Source: an uncultured Gammaproteobacteria bacterium
GTDB taxonomy: Bacteria > Patescibacteriota > Microgenomatia > Levybacterales > GWA1-39-11
Reading direction: 5' to 3'
Assembly: GCA_964511305.1 (NCBI GenBank)
Contig: CAZEEU010000001.1
Location: forward strand, 127,214 to 191,213
Length of the DNA stretch: 64,000 nt
Positions 40,008 through 50,197 of this stretch are shown here, one piece after another (the first letter of the stretch is position 1; the number at the start of each line of letters is the position of its first letter). The position numbers were made by a program, and so were the translations under genes. The notes below the pieces were generated by a model. That model saw only the letters and a program-made list of their open reading frames with translations. It was not told where the DNA came from and made no database searches.

Positions 40008-41062
40008 AAACGTTCTTTGGTAAATCTTTTTGAAGAATCTATAGCATTTTGTTGAATTTTTACAAACAAATCGTGGTCAACGGCCACCTTATGGGTAGCT
40101 TTTATTAACTCTTCTTGAGTAGACCACAAAAATCCATTCTCATTATCCTTTACGATCTCCGGTTGCCCACCTGCATTTATTACGACGGGGACTTGCCCAT
40201 ATGACATTGCCTCAACAGTAGATATGCCAAAGTGTTCCGCCCTCTCTGGATATTTTGATAAATCTTCGCCAAAACCTGATGCATGCCAATAAATAGTGGC
40301 TTTTTTATATAGATCAACAATCTGCTTGTGATCTGCATTTCTGAAAAGTGTAATGTAGGAGCTTTTAATATCGGACTCAAATTTCTTATATGAATCGAGG
40401 TCCTCATCCTGAACGCTTGTAACAATTGCCATTTTCCAACCTTTTAAGCGCTTTTTTTGAAAAAGCTTAAATGACTCCACAAGCATTGCTAGCTTTTTAA
40501 AGTCAGTACCATTCGGAAGGATGCTAAATCTTCCTACTGTCAGAATAAGCTTTTCTTTATCGCCTAACTTTTCTCTATTTGTTGAAGCAGGTGGATATAG
40601 AACAAAACTACTTGCATTGAACTTCTTGTCAATAAAGCGCTTGGTAAAGTGAGAATTGCATATTATTTTTGAAATTCGCGATTTCCTAAATAAGAAAACA
40701 AAACTATTGGTATTTAACCATTCGACCGGGAATTGAAAATGGATAAGTAACTTGCAGGCGACAATAGGAATACTACCGTCAGAAAGGTATAGTATGCGAT
40801 CATATTTGAAGGTAGAAATAAAACGTTTTAAAAATGAGTTTTGCTTTGCAAAGATATTTGGAACAACTGTGACTTTTGAAAGATCCAAATCAAACTTTTT
40901 AGAAGCCATCTCCAAAATGCCAGGGTCATCCCAAAATATTGAGACTTTATGCTCAGATGAAAGACATGAAGCAGCAGTAAAAATATACTTCTCACCACCA
41001 GTTAATGTTTTTAAATATGGTGAATAAATTCCTATATTCATATTGCGAGAATTAAGTATCAA
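39977..41062 (-). CDS. Glycosyltransferase family 4
   Basis: 361 aa with '…AEHFGISTVEAMSYGQVPVVINAGGQPEIV…ENGFL', the EX7E motif. Confidence 0.8.
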   Translation of the reverse strand: MILNSRNMNIGIYSPYLKTLTGGEKYIFTAASCLSSEHKVSIFWDDPGILEMASKKFDLDLSKVTVVPNIFAKQNSFLKRFISTFKYDRILYLSDGSIPIVACKLLIHFQFPVEWLNTNSFVFLFRKSRISKIICNSHFTKRFIDKKFNASSFVLYPPASTNREKLGDKEKLILTVGRFSILPNGTDFKKLAMLVESFKLFQKKRLKGWKMAIVTSVQDEDLDSYKKFESDIKSSYITLFRNADHKQIVDLYKKATIYWHASGFGEDLSKYPERAEHFGISTVEAMSYGQVPVVINAGGQPEIVKDNENGFLWSTQEELIKATHKVAVDHDLFVKIQQNAIDSSKRFTKERFCEELSHLIW

Positions 41063-41162
41063 GAAGTAAGTATAAAGAGCTTAATACTTTATTCTTATTG
41101 CTTAATTCTTCATATATTCTATCAACATTGCGCAAGAAAAGCTCATGTGCTAGAGTTGATAT
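41063..41162. promoter_or_regulatory. Longest intergenic spacer in the window (100 bp, AT-rich); probable promoter region for the GT4 gene and/or the plus-strand small ORF
   Basis: It is the only spacer of about 100 bp in an otherwise tightly packed locus. I did not identify a specific motif with confidence. Confidence 0.25.
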
Positions 41163-41408
41163 ATGAAAAATCCTGATCCACTTAGTTTTGCTCTTATCAT
41201 TCTTATTTCGGTTATACAGTTAACGATTAAAGGTTTTGCATTATGGAGAGCTTCGCAAGGCAAGCAAAGGAACTGGTTCCTTGTTCTTTTCGTACTTCTT
41301 CCAATCAACGAGTTTGGGATTGTAGAGATACTGTTCCTCTTTAAATTTGCCAAGAAAAAACTCACGCTTGCTGAAATCCAATCCTGGTTGAAGTTTGGAA
41401 AAAACTAA
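41163..41408 (+). CDS. Small 2-TM membrane protein (hypothetical)
   Basis: 81 aa with two clear hydrophobic helices (LSFALIILISVIQLTIKGFALW and WFLVLFVLLPINEFGIVEILFLF) and a Lys-rich amphipathic tail. It converges on the GT2 at 41405 with a 4-bp overlap. The competing antisense ORF 41241..41567 has no membrane or domain features. Confidence 0.45.
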   Translation: MKNPDPLSFALIILISVIQLTIKGFALWRASQGKQRNWFLVLFVLLPINEFGIVEILFLFKFAKKKLTLAEIQSWLKFGKN

Positions 41409-42157
41409 ACCTTCCTCTGTTGAAGCTCCCAAAGCTTTGCGTAAGTAATAAATATCGAAAATGCTTGGTACATACCCTCTATTAATCCGTATACGCCATT
41501 TTTGTATCCTTTGTTTTTTACATAAGAATTGATAAATTCTGTTCCCATGACTCTTAAAAAGCGCCATGGAGCAAGTTGTGGGTGCTTTGATTCAAGACGT
41601 AGCTTTGCTTCAAAAAGAGACCATTCGTTTGTTTTTCTTACCATTTGAGATAAATTTCTGTGCGTAAAGTGTTGTATAGGAGACTCAATTTGATCCATGG
41701 TCCCTTTAACTTTAGGTGTTTCATGAACAACACCTGACCACTCTATAAATTTTTTCCTATAAAATAACCGCTGAACGCGATCTCTAAAATTCCAATCTTT
41801 TCCATAGTAAAAAGTTTTTCGGTGAATAAAGTAGCCAGCTATTTCACTCGTTGGATCATATTGCTTAATTTTTAGAAGTGCTTCTTTTTTAAAAGCATCA
41901 GTTAGCCTTTCGTCTGAATCTAAAAAAAGTACCCATTCCGATGTGGCATGATACATCCCAAAATTCCTTTGATCTGAAAAGTCCTTAAATGCATGCCTAA
42001 CACTCTTAACTTTGTATGAGGTGCATATTTTTTCTGTATCGTGACTATTGCTGCCATCAATCACAATTACCTCCCCAAATCCACGACAAGAGGCTATGGC
42101 ATCTGGCAGAACATCTTCATCATTTCTTGAAATTACTACAACTGTTATATTATTCAT
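41405..42157 (-). CDS. Glycosyltransferase family 2 (WaaE/KdtX-like subfamily)
   Basis: 'ITVVVISRNDEDVLPDAIASC…VIVIDGSNSHDT…WVLFLDSDERLTD'. Confidence 0.85.
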   Translation of the reverse strand: MNNITVVVISRNDEDVLPDAIASCRGFGEVIVIDGSNSHDTEKICTSYKVKSVRHAFKDFSDQRNFGMYHATSEWVLFLDSDERLTDAFKKEALLKIKQYDPTSEIAGYFIHRKTFYYGKDWNFRDRVQRLFYRKKFIEWSGVVHETPKVKGTMDQIESPIQHFTHRNLSQMVRKTNEWSLFEAKLRLESKHPQLAPWRFLRVMGTEFINSYVKNKGYKNGVYGLIEGMYQAFSIFITYAKLWELQQRKV

Positions 42158-44472
42158 TTTTTAAAAGCTCTTATTACCTCAATAATTATTATACCCAATA
42201 TTCCAACCATAAAAAGATAGGTGCCAATAATAAAACTCTCTGGCATATAAGAGAAAACGATTGTACTGTCCCCTTTGGGTACTACAACTCCTCTGAAAGA
42301 ATAGTCTGTTCTAAATATCTTTGAAACCCTACCATTTATTGTCGCTTTCCAGCCTGGATAGTAATTGTCAGTTAGAACTAAAAAGCTTTTTCCAGATGAA
42401 TTAACATTAATTTCAATCCTGTTTGGTTCGTACTTCTTAATTTTTGTAGTTGTCTTTGCATTGAGATCAAGTTGCTCGATCTCCTCCTCAACGAAAGCAT
42501 TATTTTTTGTATCAACAGAAAATAAAGCATCTAACATTTTCTTTTTATCTTGCATGACCATTACATTATTTACAGTAAAAGCTTTGTTCTGGGCATTATT
42601 ATTTTTGTAGGCTCTATAAGAGCTATCTTCATATACTTTTGTGAACTGAGGTAGTGGATACTTGTCGAAGGGAAATGCCCAAGGAAAAGTGCCATCCGAT
42701 ATTTTATGAACGATTGTTTTAACACCAAGAAGAGATATCGCACGTGGTGTGAGATCCGAAGATAATGGGAAATTTACAACAGATCTTTCCGGAAACTGTA
42801 ACTTTCCACTTGAAACATACCCTACGAATTCCCCGTATCTTCCGATGTATAAGGGGTCGTACCCTCGCGGTATTGGTACCCGGTAGTATACAGAATCTTC
42901 TCCCCCCGATAAACCAATTGCTCTATCGTAGTGATTAAGAGAGTTATAGAACTTTGTAATTGGTACCGATACATACACAAGCTTTGGGTCATTAAATGAC
43001 TGCCACTTTGAAGAAAACCTAAGCATTTCAAATATTGATATAAGAAGAACACCAATTATTAAAGCCGTGTATATTCTTTTTTTGTTCATCACATAACCCA
43101 ACACTAATAGTGTTATTGCAACTAATGAAAAACCTACTGGCAGGATCATGTTCTTTTTAGCAATAAGTGCTTTGTCTTGTGACATTAATCCAATAAATGG
43201 AACAACAGAAACAATTAATATGCAGCCAATCAAAATGCACAAAGGTAAAAATACTTTTTTGTTTTTCTTAACAATCAGCTTATTAATTGCATCAAAACCA
43301 AAGCCGCTCAACATAGCAACGGAAAAACTGAAAAGAACTATAATCCTGCTTGCTGCACTTGTCGAGAGAACTGGTACCTTCAGATTTACCAACAAAGTCA
43401 AAAGAGGCGTATCATACGCAAGAAGTAGCGAAAGAAATAAAAGTATAACAAAAAATATCACATGCTTATTCCTAATAACAAATGCTGAACTAATTGCAAA
43501 AAGTAATGTTATTGCTCCTGCATACCCATTCCATTCAGCATAATGCCCGAACCAATCATTGCGAGTTACTGGATTTCCATAGTAATCAGGCGCTATAAGG
43601 GTTGGTAAATATGCCCATGGAATTGCCTCAAACTTCTGAAAAAGCCCACTTCGCACACTTTGCGTGTAAAATTCTATTGAGGGCAAGACCTGTGGAGCGC
43701 AGAGTAATATCCCGAAAAAAACATATTGAAATAAATAAAGGTATCTCCTCTTTTCTTTTTGAAACAACGATCCAAACAGTAAATACATGGATAATCCCAA
43801 TAAGAAGTATAAGCTTGTCTGAAAATGACCACTGAAAAAAGACAGGGGGATGCACAAAGACATAATCGCAGCATATCTGTGCTTTTGAGAGGCCACATAT
43901 TTTTCAATGGCAAAAAGACTTAGAGGTAACGGGAGTATGGCGTAAGCAAGAGTCGCATAACCCATCCATGTAACAATAAATCCACAGAACATGAATGCAA
44001 CAGCTGCCTGAAGACTACCCTTTTCAGATATTTTTAGGGTTCTTGAGAAAATATATGCAAATAGTCCAGCAAGAAGTGGCTGTAACACAACAAGAATTCC
44101 CCACGCAGTAATAAATTTAACAGGAAGAAAGAAGAAAATATTATAAAAAGAAAGAACAGCAGACTGGTAATTAGCTAAATGAGGTGTTCCGGAAAAACTA
44201 AATGGATTCCAAAATGGTATCGATCCGTGCTTTAACTCTTCTATTGCAAAATATCTCCATGGATAAATTTGCCCAATAATATCAGGTTGTGCGTTGTTCT
44301 TTACTGGACCTGCCATGCCTTCGTATTGAGTCCATGGCTGAAAAAAATTGACTTGATAGTCAGATGGATATGGTGTCTTACCGAAAAGAAGGAAAGGGGA
44401 TGCAAAGATTCCCCAAATAAGCAAAATGAAAAGAAAATACTTTAGCCGTATTATGTTTTTTAAATAATCCAT
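42154..44472 (-). CDS. YfhO-family polytopic membrane glycosyltransferase-like protein
   Basis: 772 aa: '…IPFWNPFSFSGTPHLANYQSAVLSFYNIFFFLP…' and the C-terminal '…DNYYPGWKATINGRVSKIFRTDYSFRGVVVPKGDSTIVFSYMPESF' with a terminal TM. Confidence 0.8.
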   Translation of the reverse strand: MDYLKNIIRLKYFLFILLIWGIFASPFLLFGKTPYPSDYQVNFFQPWTQYEGMAGPVKNNAQPDIIGQIYPWRYFAIEELKHGSIPFWNPFSFSGTPHLANYQSAVLSFYNIFFFLPVKFITAWGILVVLQPLLAGLFAYIFSRTLKISEKGSLQAAVAFMFCGFIVTWMGYATLAYAILPLPLSLFAIEKYVASQKHRYAAIMSLCIPLSFFSGHFQTSLYFLLGLSMYLLFGSLFQKEKRRYLYLFQYVFFGILLCAPQVLPSIEFYTQSVRSGLFQKFEAIPWAYLPTLIAPDYYGNPVTRNDWFGHYAEWNGYAGAITLLFAISSAFVIRNKHVIFFVILLFLSLLLAYDTPLLTLLVNLKVPVLSTSAASRIIVLFSFSVAMLSGFGFDAINKLIVKKNKKVFLPLCILIGCILIVSVVPFIGLMSQDKALIAKKNMILPVGFSLVAITLLVLGYVMNKKRIYTALIIGVLLISIFEMLRFSSKWQSFNDPKLVYVSVPITKFYNSLNHYDRAIGLSGGEDSVYYRVPIPRGYDPLYIGRYGEFVGYVSSGKLQFPERSVVNFPLSSDLTPRAISLLGVKTIVHKISDGTFPWAFPFDKYPLPQFTKVYEDSSYRAYKNNNAQNKAFTVNNVMVMQDKKKMLDALFSVDTKNNAFVEEEIEQLDLNAKTTTKIKKYEPNRIEINVNSSGKSFLVLTDNYYPGWKATINGRVSKIFRTDYSFRGVVVPKGDSTIVFSYMPESFIIGTYLFMVGILGIIIIEVIRAFKK

Positions 44473-44487
44473 TTTTTTAGAAAAAGT

Positions 44488-46176
44488 CTATTTTTTAATT
44501 CTTGAACTATATTTTTTATAGATAAGAGAACTGACAATTCCTGTTAGAAATATAAAAGCTACTAGTGAAAGAGCGTTTGAAAGCATCCTCAATTTTGTAT
44601 CAGTAAAAACTATTGAAATCTTATGAACCCCCGGATTCAATTGATAGGTTATAAGCCCTCTATTTGCAGGGTCTTGAAATTCAATATCAAGCTTCTTTCC
44701 ATTGTCAAATACTGACCACCCAGGAAAGTACAATGTGTTTTCCCGAATTCTACCCCCTGAGGTAGTGGTAATTAAATATTCATGATTTATCGATGTTCTT
44801 TTTATTTCTTGTATACTGCCAGTCCCCTCGATAACTTCGGCATTGGCCTTGGCCTCCCTCTCCATAAATCTAACGGACCAAATTGGGGAACTTTCTCCAG
44901 TGTCGGTCGTACCGTGGTAAATATTTTCGTAGAATGAATCCGGAATTACTTTGTATTCTTTTGCCTTCCAATAAGAGAACGTTGGCAAGATAGCAAATAG
45001 CATGAGGCATACAATAACCAACGTTCGCATTTTTCCCTTTTTAACAAAAAGCAAAGTGGAAGGGGTTATAACAGCACAAAGAAAAACCGATAAGCTTAAA
45101 AATCGCCAGGGGAACTGAAATTTCTTAAAAGTGGTAATTACGTCATATAAAAAGTTTGAATACGATAAAGTTAAAAATAATGATGCTGCCAACATAATAA
45201 GCAGACCCATAAAAAATGCCCGATATTCTTTTGACTTACTTCTTATAAATAACAATGGTACCAAAAGGATCCCAAGAACATTTACTAAGCCTATTTGTGT
45301 TGTAAATTGCCCTGTAATTCCATAGCTCCATGGTCCATACAGCAAAGACAACGGGCTAGTGATGAATCGAGTTTTATATTCATCCCCAGTTACGATATCT
45401 CTAAGGGTGAATTTGCCCTCTAAAAATGCAGGAATTACAAAAAAAGAAGAAAGTAAAAATCCTATTAAAAATGCTGAGAAGATAGGTATAAGCCTCTTGT
45501 ACTTTTGCTTACTTACGGCTAGAAAAAGTACGTACAATAAAAATACAGGACAGAACATTAAGCTAATCGCATTATGAGCTAGCAACAATAAACCAAATGC
45601 GCCACTTACACCCACAAGAGACCCACTTAGATATCTTTTATCAGAAAAGTATCTATGAATAAAAAACATTATCAAGGGAGGAAAGATAAATGCCATATGT
45701 TCTCCAATAGCACCTCTCACATAAAGGTCTATGAATCTATATGGCGCATACATGTATATTACGGAACTTATCAATGCATATTCCTCTCCAAACTGCTCCT
45801 TTACCCATAGATACATCGTTAAACCGCTTGCTACAAAGCCTAATGCAAAAATTATTTTCAACGAATCTACAAAAGAAAAACCAATTAGATGAAAAACGGA
45901 AGCAAAATAAGAAGAAAAAGGGTACAAAAACATGAGTACCGGGTGTCCATAACCCCAATTTAAATTTGCTCCCCAACGGGGGAACCATACTCCATCTGTA
46001 AGTCCCAGATAGAAATTAGCAATACGAGCCACATGATCAGTACCATCATGCGTAATAGGTAAACCCGGGGTTAATAGGTTAAATAAAGGTAGTAGACCCA
46101 ATAAAATAATAAGAAGCAAGGATTTATTTTTCATTCTTGATATATTATTTCCCAGGCATATAACTTCCCTTTCCAA
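44488..46176 (-). CDS. Polytopic membrane protein of the uncharacterised GT-C-like 'family X' (paralogs at 50178, 51879, 55215)
   Basis: 562 aa. N-terminal 'HDGTDHVARIANFYLGLTDGVWFPRWGANLNWGYGHPVLMFLYPFSSY…MYLWVKEQFG…YMYAPYRFIDLYVRGAIGEHMAF'. C-terminal 'TLYFPGWSVFDNGKKLDIEFQDPANRGLITYQLNPGVHKISIVF' with a terminal TM. Confidence 0.8.
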   Translation of the reverse strand: MEREVICLGNNISRMKNKSLLLIILLGLLPLFNLLTPGLPITHDGTDHVARIANFYLGLTDGVWFPRWGANLNWGYGHPVLMFLYPFSSYFASVFHLIGFSFVDSLKIIFALGFVASGLTMYLWVKEQFGEEYALISSVIYMYAPYRFIDLYVRGAIGEHMAFIFPPLIMFFIHRYFSDKRYLSGSLVGVSGAFGLLLLAHNAISLMFCPVFLLYVLFLAVSKQKYKRLIPIFSAFLIGFLLSSFFVIPAFLEGKFTLRDIVTGDEYKTRFITSPLSLLYGPWSYGITGQFTTQIGLVNVLGILLVPLLFIRSKSKEYRAFFMGLLIMLAASLFLTLSYSNFLYDVITTFKKFQFPWRFLSLSVFLCAVITPSTLLFVKKGKMRTLVIVCLMLFAILPTFSYWKAKEYKVIPDSFYENIYHGTTDTGESSPIWSVRFMEREAKANAEVIEGTGSIQEIKRTSINHEYLITTTSGGRIRENTLYFPGWSVFDNGKKLDIEFQDPANRGLITYQLNPGVHKISIVFTDTKLRMLSNALSLVAFIFLTGIVSSLIYKKYSSRIKK

Positions 46177-47062
46177 GTCTTCGAATAAGAAAATCCTTAA
46201 CTGCTATTTTTTGCCATGGGCGTCCGGTCAGCAAAATCCTGCCAGCCTCTTTTAGCAGCAACGCTTTTACTTTTGGACTGGCATATTTCATTCCAAAAAT
46301 TAATTTGTTTCGAGTTAGATAGTAATCGTGAAGCGTAGAACCTGAGCCTGAAGATCCTGCGTTATTGTGCCATACAATACCCTTTGGGGCGTATATAAGA
46401 TCGTAACCTTTTCTTATTAATTTCGTACTTAAATCTGCATCTTCATAGTATAAGAAGTAACGTTTATCAAATAACCCTACCTCATTAATGATATTTCTCT
46501 TCAAGAGTAAGCATGCTCCGGTCGCAAATGTAATTTTGCTTTTTTTGTCAAATTGACCCGCATCAACATCGTCTAATCCTATATGCGTTGAAACAACATT
46601 TCCCCAATCAATTTTTCCTCCTGCATACCATATAACCTTTCCGAGTTCTGTTTGCTTATAACGGTCTTTGTGATATTCTCTTCCTTTCGTAAAATAAATT
46701 TTTGGAACGACCCCGGCGATATTGTCAGGTATAATTTCATCAACCAAAACTTGGATGCAACTCATCTCTAACAAACTATCGTTATTCAGTAACAGAAAAA
46801 GGTCGCTGCCATCATTTCGAGTCCTCTCGTAAATCAAGTTATGTCCGCCTGTAAAACCTAGGTTTGTCTCGATTCGTTCGACAACAAGACCAATTTTTTT
46901 ATATTTAGAAACATTTATATCAAGCCTCTCCTTTGAACCGTTATCAAGGACATAAACACTCATTTCAAAACCATCAATTTTTGATTTAAGAAGCGTTTCA
47001 AGGCAATCAACCGTGTCTTGAGAGCTATTATAGTGAAGAATCGAAACGGTAACTTTATGCAT
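46145..47062 (-). CDS. Glycosyltransferase family 2 (rhamnosyltransferase-like subfamily)
   Basis: 'VTVSILHYNSSQDTVDCLETL…YVLDNGS…LLLNNDSLL…FDKRYFLYYEDADLSTKLIRKGY'. Confidence 0.85.
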   Translation of the reverse strand: MHKVTVSILHYNSSQDTVDCLETLLKSKIDGFEMSVYVLDNGSKERLDINVSKYKKIGLVVERIETNLGFTGGHNLIYERTRNDGSDLFLLLNNDSLLEMSCIQVLVDEIIPDNIAGVVPKIYFTKGREYHKDRYKQTELGKVIWYAGGKIDWGNVVSTHIGLDDVDAGQFDKKSKITFATGACLLLKRNIINEVGLFDKRYFLYYEDADLSTKLIRKGYDLIYAPKGIVWHNNAGSSGSGSTLHDYYLTRNKLIFGMKYASPKVKALLLKEAGRILLTGRPWQKIAVKDFLIRRLGKGSYMPGK

Positions 47063-47961
47063 TACGGTAGTACCTTTCGTTGGATTTTGTATATGTTTTT
47101 CTTCAATGAATTTTTTTCTTCTGTTATTTTTTTATCATACTTCCAATACCTAAATTCCCTTCCGATCATCTTTTGGCCCTCTATTAAAATTTTATGAGTA
47201 TTCTTATCCTCAGGATAATTGTTAGCCTCCCAAAGCCTTAGAAAAACTACAAAATGATAAAATGCCTGAAGTAAAGACAAGATAAGACCATGCATCCCAT
47301 CTCGGTAACCCTGTTTTGCAAAATATCGAGTTATAAATTCAGAAAGCGGCATCTTAACAGCATCAATTGATTTATATGCATATCCATTTGAAAGCAAGTT
47401 CTCTGCTTCAGAAACGGTATAAGTCTTGACCATTTTGTTCAAAAATTGTGAGATATTCTCGTAATTTAGATGAAGCATTGGATTTTCAAGCTGTGCCGTA
47501 GCCCCTTCTACTCGTAAAAATTCATGAACATGCTTTTCTTCAAATTTTCCTTTATCTTTCTTAAAAAGTCGAAGCTGTGGATCTGGATACCACCCAGTGT
47601 GCTCAATCCATTTTCCAAATATAATATTTTTTCTTGGTATGAAATATCCATTGACTGTTGACTCATTATCTAAGTGCTCAATTTCTTGTGAAAGCTCATG
47701 AGTAACCCTCTCGTCAGCATCCAAACAAAGTATCCAGCTGTTTGTGGCTTTTGTAAAACCATAATTTTTATTTACATTAAGCATTGGATTATTTGCTCGA
47801 GTAAATACAATCGCACCATTCTTTTTTGCAATTGATGCTGTATCATCGGCAGACGTGTTATCAACAACAATTATCTCTGCGGCAATTTTTTTGACAGAGC
47901 TGATACATTCCTCTATTTTTTTCTCTTCATTAAAGGCTGAAATAACAACAGAAACTTTCAT
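47062..47961 (-). CDS. Glycosyltransferase family 2 (WaaE/KdtX-like subfamily)
   Basis: 'VSVVISAFNEEKKIEECISSV…IIVVDNTSADDT…WILCLDADERVT'. Confidence 0.85.
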   Translation of the reverse strand: MKVSVVISAFNEEKKIEECISSVKKIAAEIIVVDNTSADDTASIAKKNGAIVFTRANNPMLNVNKNYGFTKATNSWILCLDADERVTHELSQEIEHLDNESTVNGYFIPRKNIIFGKWIEHTGWYPDPQLRLFKKDKGKFEEKHVHEFLRVEGATAQLENPMLHLNYENISQFLNKMVKTYTVSEAENLLSNGYAYKSIDAVKMPLSEFITRYFAKQGYRDGMHGLILSLLQAFYHFVVFLRLWEANNYPEDKNTHKILIEGQKMIGREFRYWKYDKKITEEKNSLKKNIYKIQRKVLP

Positions 47962-48009
47962 AATATTAGTGTATCAAAAATAGCTTTCTCTATAATAACA
48001 ATCCCATGC

Positions 48010-49467
48010 TCATTTTTTGGCTCTTATTGCTTTTACCACAAATACAAGAGTCTTAGTCAATTCTTCTCTTGCCATAAAGAACATTGCCCCGGCATACACT
48101 CCCAAAGACAGAATTCCAAAAATAACCATCATAAGAAAAGACGTAACAAAGACACTTGTGACATATGAAAATCCAAACATAAGAATGGCGGCTAAAAATT
48201 GCTTATAGGTTGTTGATATAGCTGAAAATTCAACATAACGTCTTGCAACAAAAAATACCCCAACTGAAGTAAGAGCAACTGCAAATGAAGCAGCAGCAAC
48301 ACCGTTATACCCCATGAGTGGGATGAGAATAAGCGTTGTGCCCCATATCATAATTGTCCAGAAGATCATGAAATACAACGTGACCTTGACCTTGCCAATA
48401 GCATTCAAAAAGTTAGTAAGAGGTGTAGAGACAGATGAAATTACGCTACCAAGAGAGAAGAACATTATTGACATAATTGCAGGTTCCCATTTGTGATAAC
48501 GCGGAATGAAATCTATCAGATAAGGCGAATAGGCAATGATTCCGGCAGCAACCGGAAAGATTGCAAAAGCTATCAGAAAGATTGACTTTTCGATAGCTAT
48601 TTTCAGAGCTGCTCTATCATCTTGTAGTCTAGCAAAAGATGGAAATGTGATTTTTATAATATTATCCATAACTAACCTAAGAGGAAGATAGGCTACCCGT
48701 TGAGCAAACCCGATATATCCAAGTTGTGCTTTTGGAAGTAGACCTCCCAAAAATATTGTTAAAAAATCATCCTTAAAAAGAGCTAGTATGCTGTTTGTCT
48801 GAAAAGGTATTCCAAATGAAATAAGACTTTTAAAAGATTTTTTGTCGAAGCCAAGACCTATCGGCCACGATTGCACCCCATAAGTCGCTACCAATCCGAC
48901 AATGCTTCTAAAAAGAACTGCCAGGATAAAGCTTGTTACACCAAGTCCTGAAATAGCGCATATTACGAGAGTTGCATTATATGTAATATTCTCAAGCACT
49001 TGAGGAACTACTAGTCTATTGTAGTCTAGTTTTCTTTCTAAAATAATGGTTGGAATTGTTCTGAGTGAGGTTAGGAAAAATGAAATGAGAAGTACAACAA
49101 GTAGGATATGCCCAGATTCACCCAACTTGTAAAAGGATGCAAGATTTCCAGACAAAAGGATTGCCGGTACTACAAGGCACAAAACGAGTGCCTGTTGAAT
49201 AGTAAAAACTGTTCGAAGATCTGTCTTGGTAGGCTCTTCTTTCTTCTGTATTAATGAAGCAGCAAGGCCTATATCCTGAAAGTAATTAAAGAAAACAATA
49301 ATTGAAGATACTACAAAAAATGTTCCGAAAGTCTCTGGCTCAAGATAAAGAGTGAGAACTACACTTGAGGCTACACCTAAAAGCTGTATAAGAAATGATC
49401 TGGAAACTAAAGCAAAAACCCCTTTTACAGATTTCGTCGCGATGGCATGCAATTCATTTTCGTCCAT
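48010..49467 (-). CDS. Wzx/MOP-superfamily flippase-like polysaccharide biosynthesis protein
   Basis: About 485 aa with about 14 hydrophobic helices. The track ORF extends to 49539 but would overlap the upstream GT2 by 56 bp. The internal start 'MDENELHAIATK…' at 49467 removes the overlap. Confidence 0.75.
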   Translation of the reverse strand: MDENELHAIATKSVKGVFALVSRSFLIQLLGVASSVVLTLYLEPETFGTFFVVSSIIVFFNYFQDIGLAASLIQKKEEPTKTDLRTVFTIQQALVLCLVVPAILLSGNLASFYKLGESGHILLVVLLISFFLTSLRTIPTIILERKLDYNRLVVPQVLENITYNATLVICAISGLGVTSFILAVLFRSIVGLVATYGVQSWPIGLGFDKKSFKSLISFGIPFQTNSILALFKDDFLTIFLGGLLPKAQLGYIGFAQRVAYLPLRLVMDNIIKITFPSFARLQDDRAALKIAIEKSIFLIAFAIFPVAAGIIAYSPYLIDFIPRYHKWEPAIMSIMFFSLGSVISSVSTPLTNFLNAIGKVKVTLYFMIFWTIMIWGTTLILIPLMGYNGVAAASFAVALTSVGVFFVARRYVEFSAISTTYKQFLAAILMFGFSYVTSVFVTSFLMMVIFGILSLGVYAGAMFFMAREELTKTLVFVVKAIRAKK

Positions 49468-49483
49468 ATGTACTCTTCTTCTA

Positions 49484-50197
49484 TCATATCCTTTTATTGA
49501 GGATGTCAAACCACAAAATAAAACTTTCAAGTACTGCACGGACGACTACAGCTATATTTGCTCCGCTTTGAGCGCCATATTCACGAGGAAAGTGATTAAC
49601 TTCAACTTCTTTTATCTTCAACTTTTTCCTTGTTGCTTTTGCGAGTATTTCAGTTGTAATCATAGCCCCTTCAGAACGCAACGGCATAATTTGCAAAAGG
49701 GCTTCACGCTTGAACATTTTAAATCCACAGTCGATATCTTTAAAATAAAATCTGAAAAAAATGTAATCCCAAATCTTCAACATGTGCATAAGCATATGTC
49801 TGGACATACTGTCGCGTCTCTTTTTTCTAAAACCTATAACAATATCAGAGCCGGGAAGAGCCGCAATAAGTTTTTTAACCTCCGCGAAATCAAATTGTCT
49901 ATCACCATCCGTGAATACAACATACTTATATTTTGCATTTTCAAAGCCTTCCTTAAGAGCTGCCCCATACCCTCTATTTGGGGTGTGGCTGATAACACGC
50001 ACGTTCTTATATTTTTTTGAAAGCTCGAGGCCAATTTGATACGTCTTGTCTGATGAACCATCATCAATAATAAGAATTTCCCAATTTGTAGCAACTTCTT
50101 TAATAATCGGCATGGCATTCTCTACCACATGCTTTACGTTTTTTTCCTCGTTCCAAAAGGGGAAGAATACTGAGAGCTCAGGAAGTTTTTTTTCCAT
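49484..50197 (-). CDS. GT2 polyprenyl-phosphate sugar synthase-like (DPM1/GtrB/CsbB-type)
   Basis: 'LSVFFPFWNEEKNV…ILIIDDGSSDKT…HTPNRGYGAALKEGFENAKYKYVVFTDGDRQFD'. 237 aa. Confidence 0.85.
   Translation of the reverse strand: MEKKLPELSVFFPFWNEEKNVKHVVENAMPIIKEVATNWEILIIDDGSSDKTYQIGLELSKKYKNVRVISHTPNRGYGAALKEGFENAKYKYVVFTDGDRQFDFAEVKKLIAALPGSDIVIGFRKKRRDSMSRHMLMHMLKIWDYIFFRFYFKDIDCGFKMFKREALLQIMPLRSEGAMITTEILAKATRKKLKIKEVEVNHFPREYGAQSGANIAVVVRAVLESFILWFDILNKRI

Noticed and set aside
41241-41567. 108-aa minus-strand ORF overlapping the plus-strand small membrane ORF
   Set aside because: It has no TM or domain features and partly overlaps the 3' end of the GT2 in another frame. The plus-strand 2-TM ORF is the more plausible coding interpretation, and neither may be real.
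49352-50020. 222-aa plus-strand ORF
   Set aside because: It lies entirely antisense to the flippase 5' end and the DPM1-like GT2 (49484..50197). It has no domain features and is Cys- and Phe-rich, typical of AT-rich antisense translation, so it is a shadow ORF.
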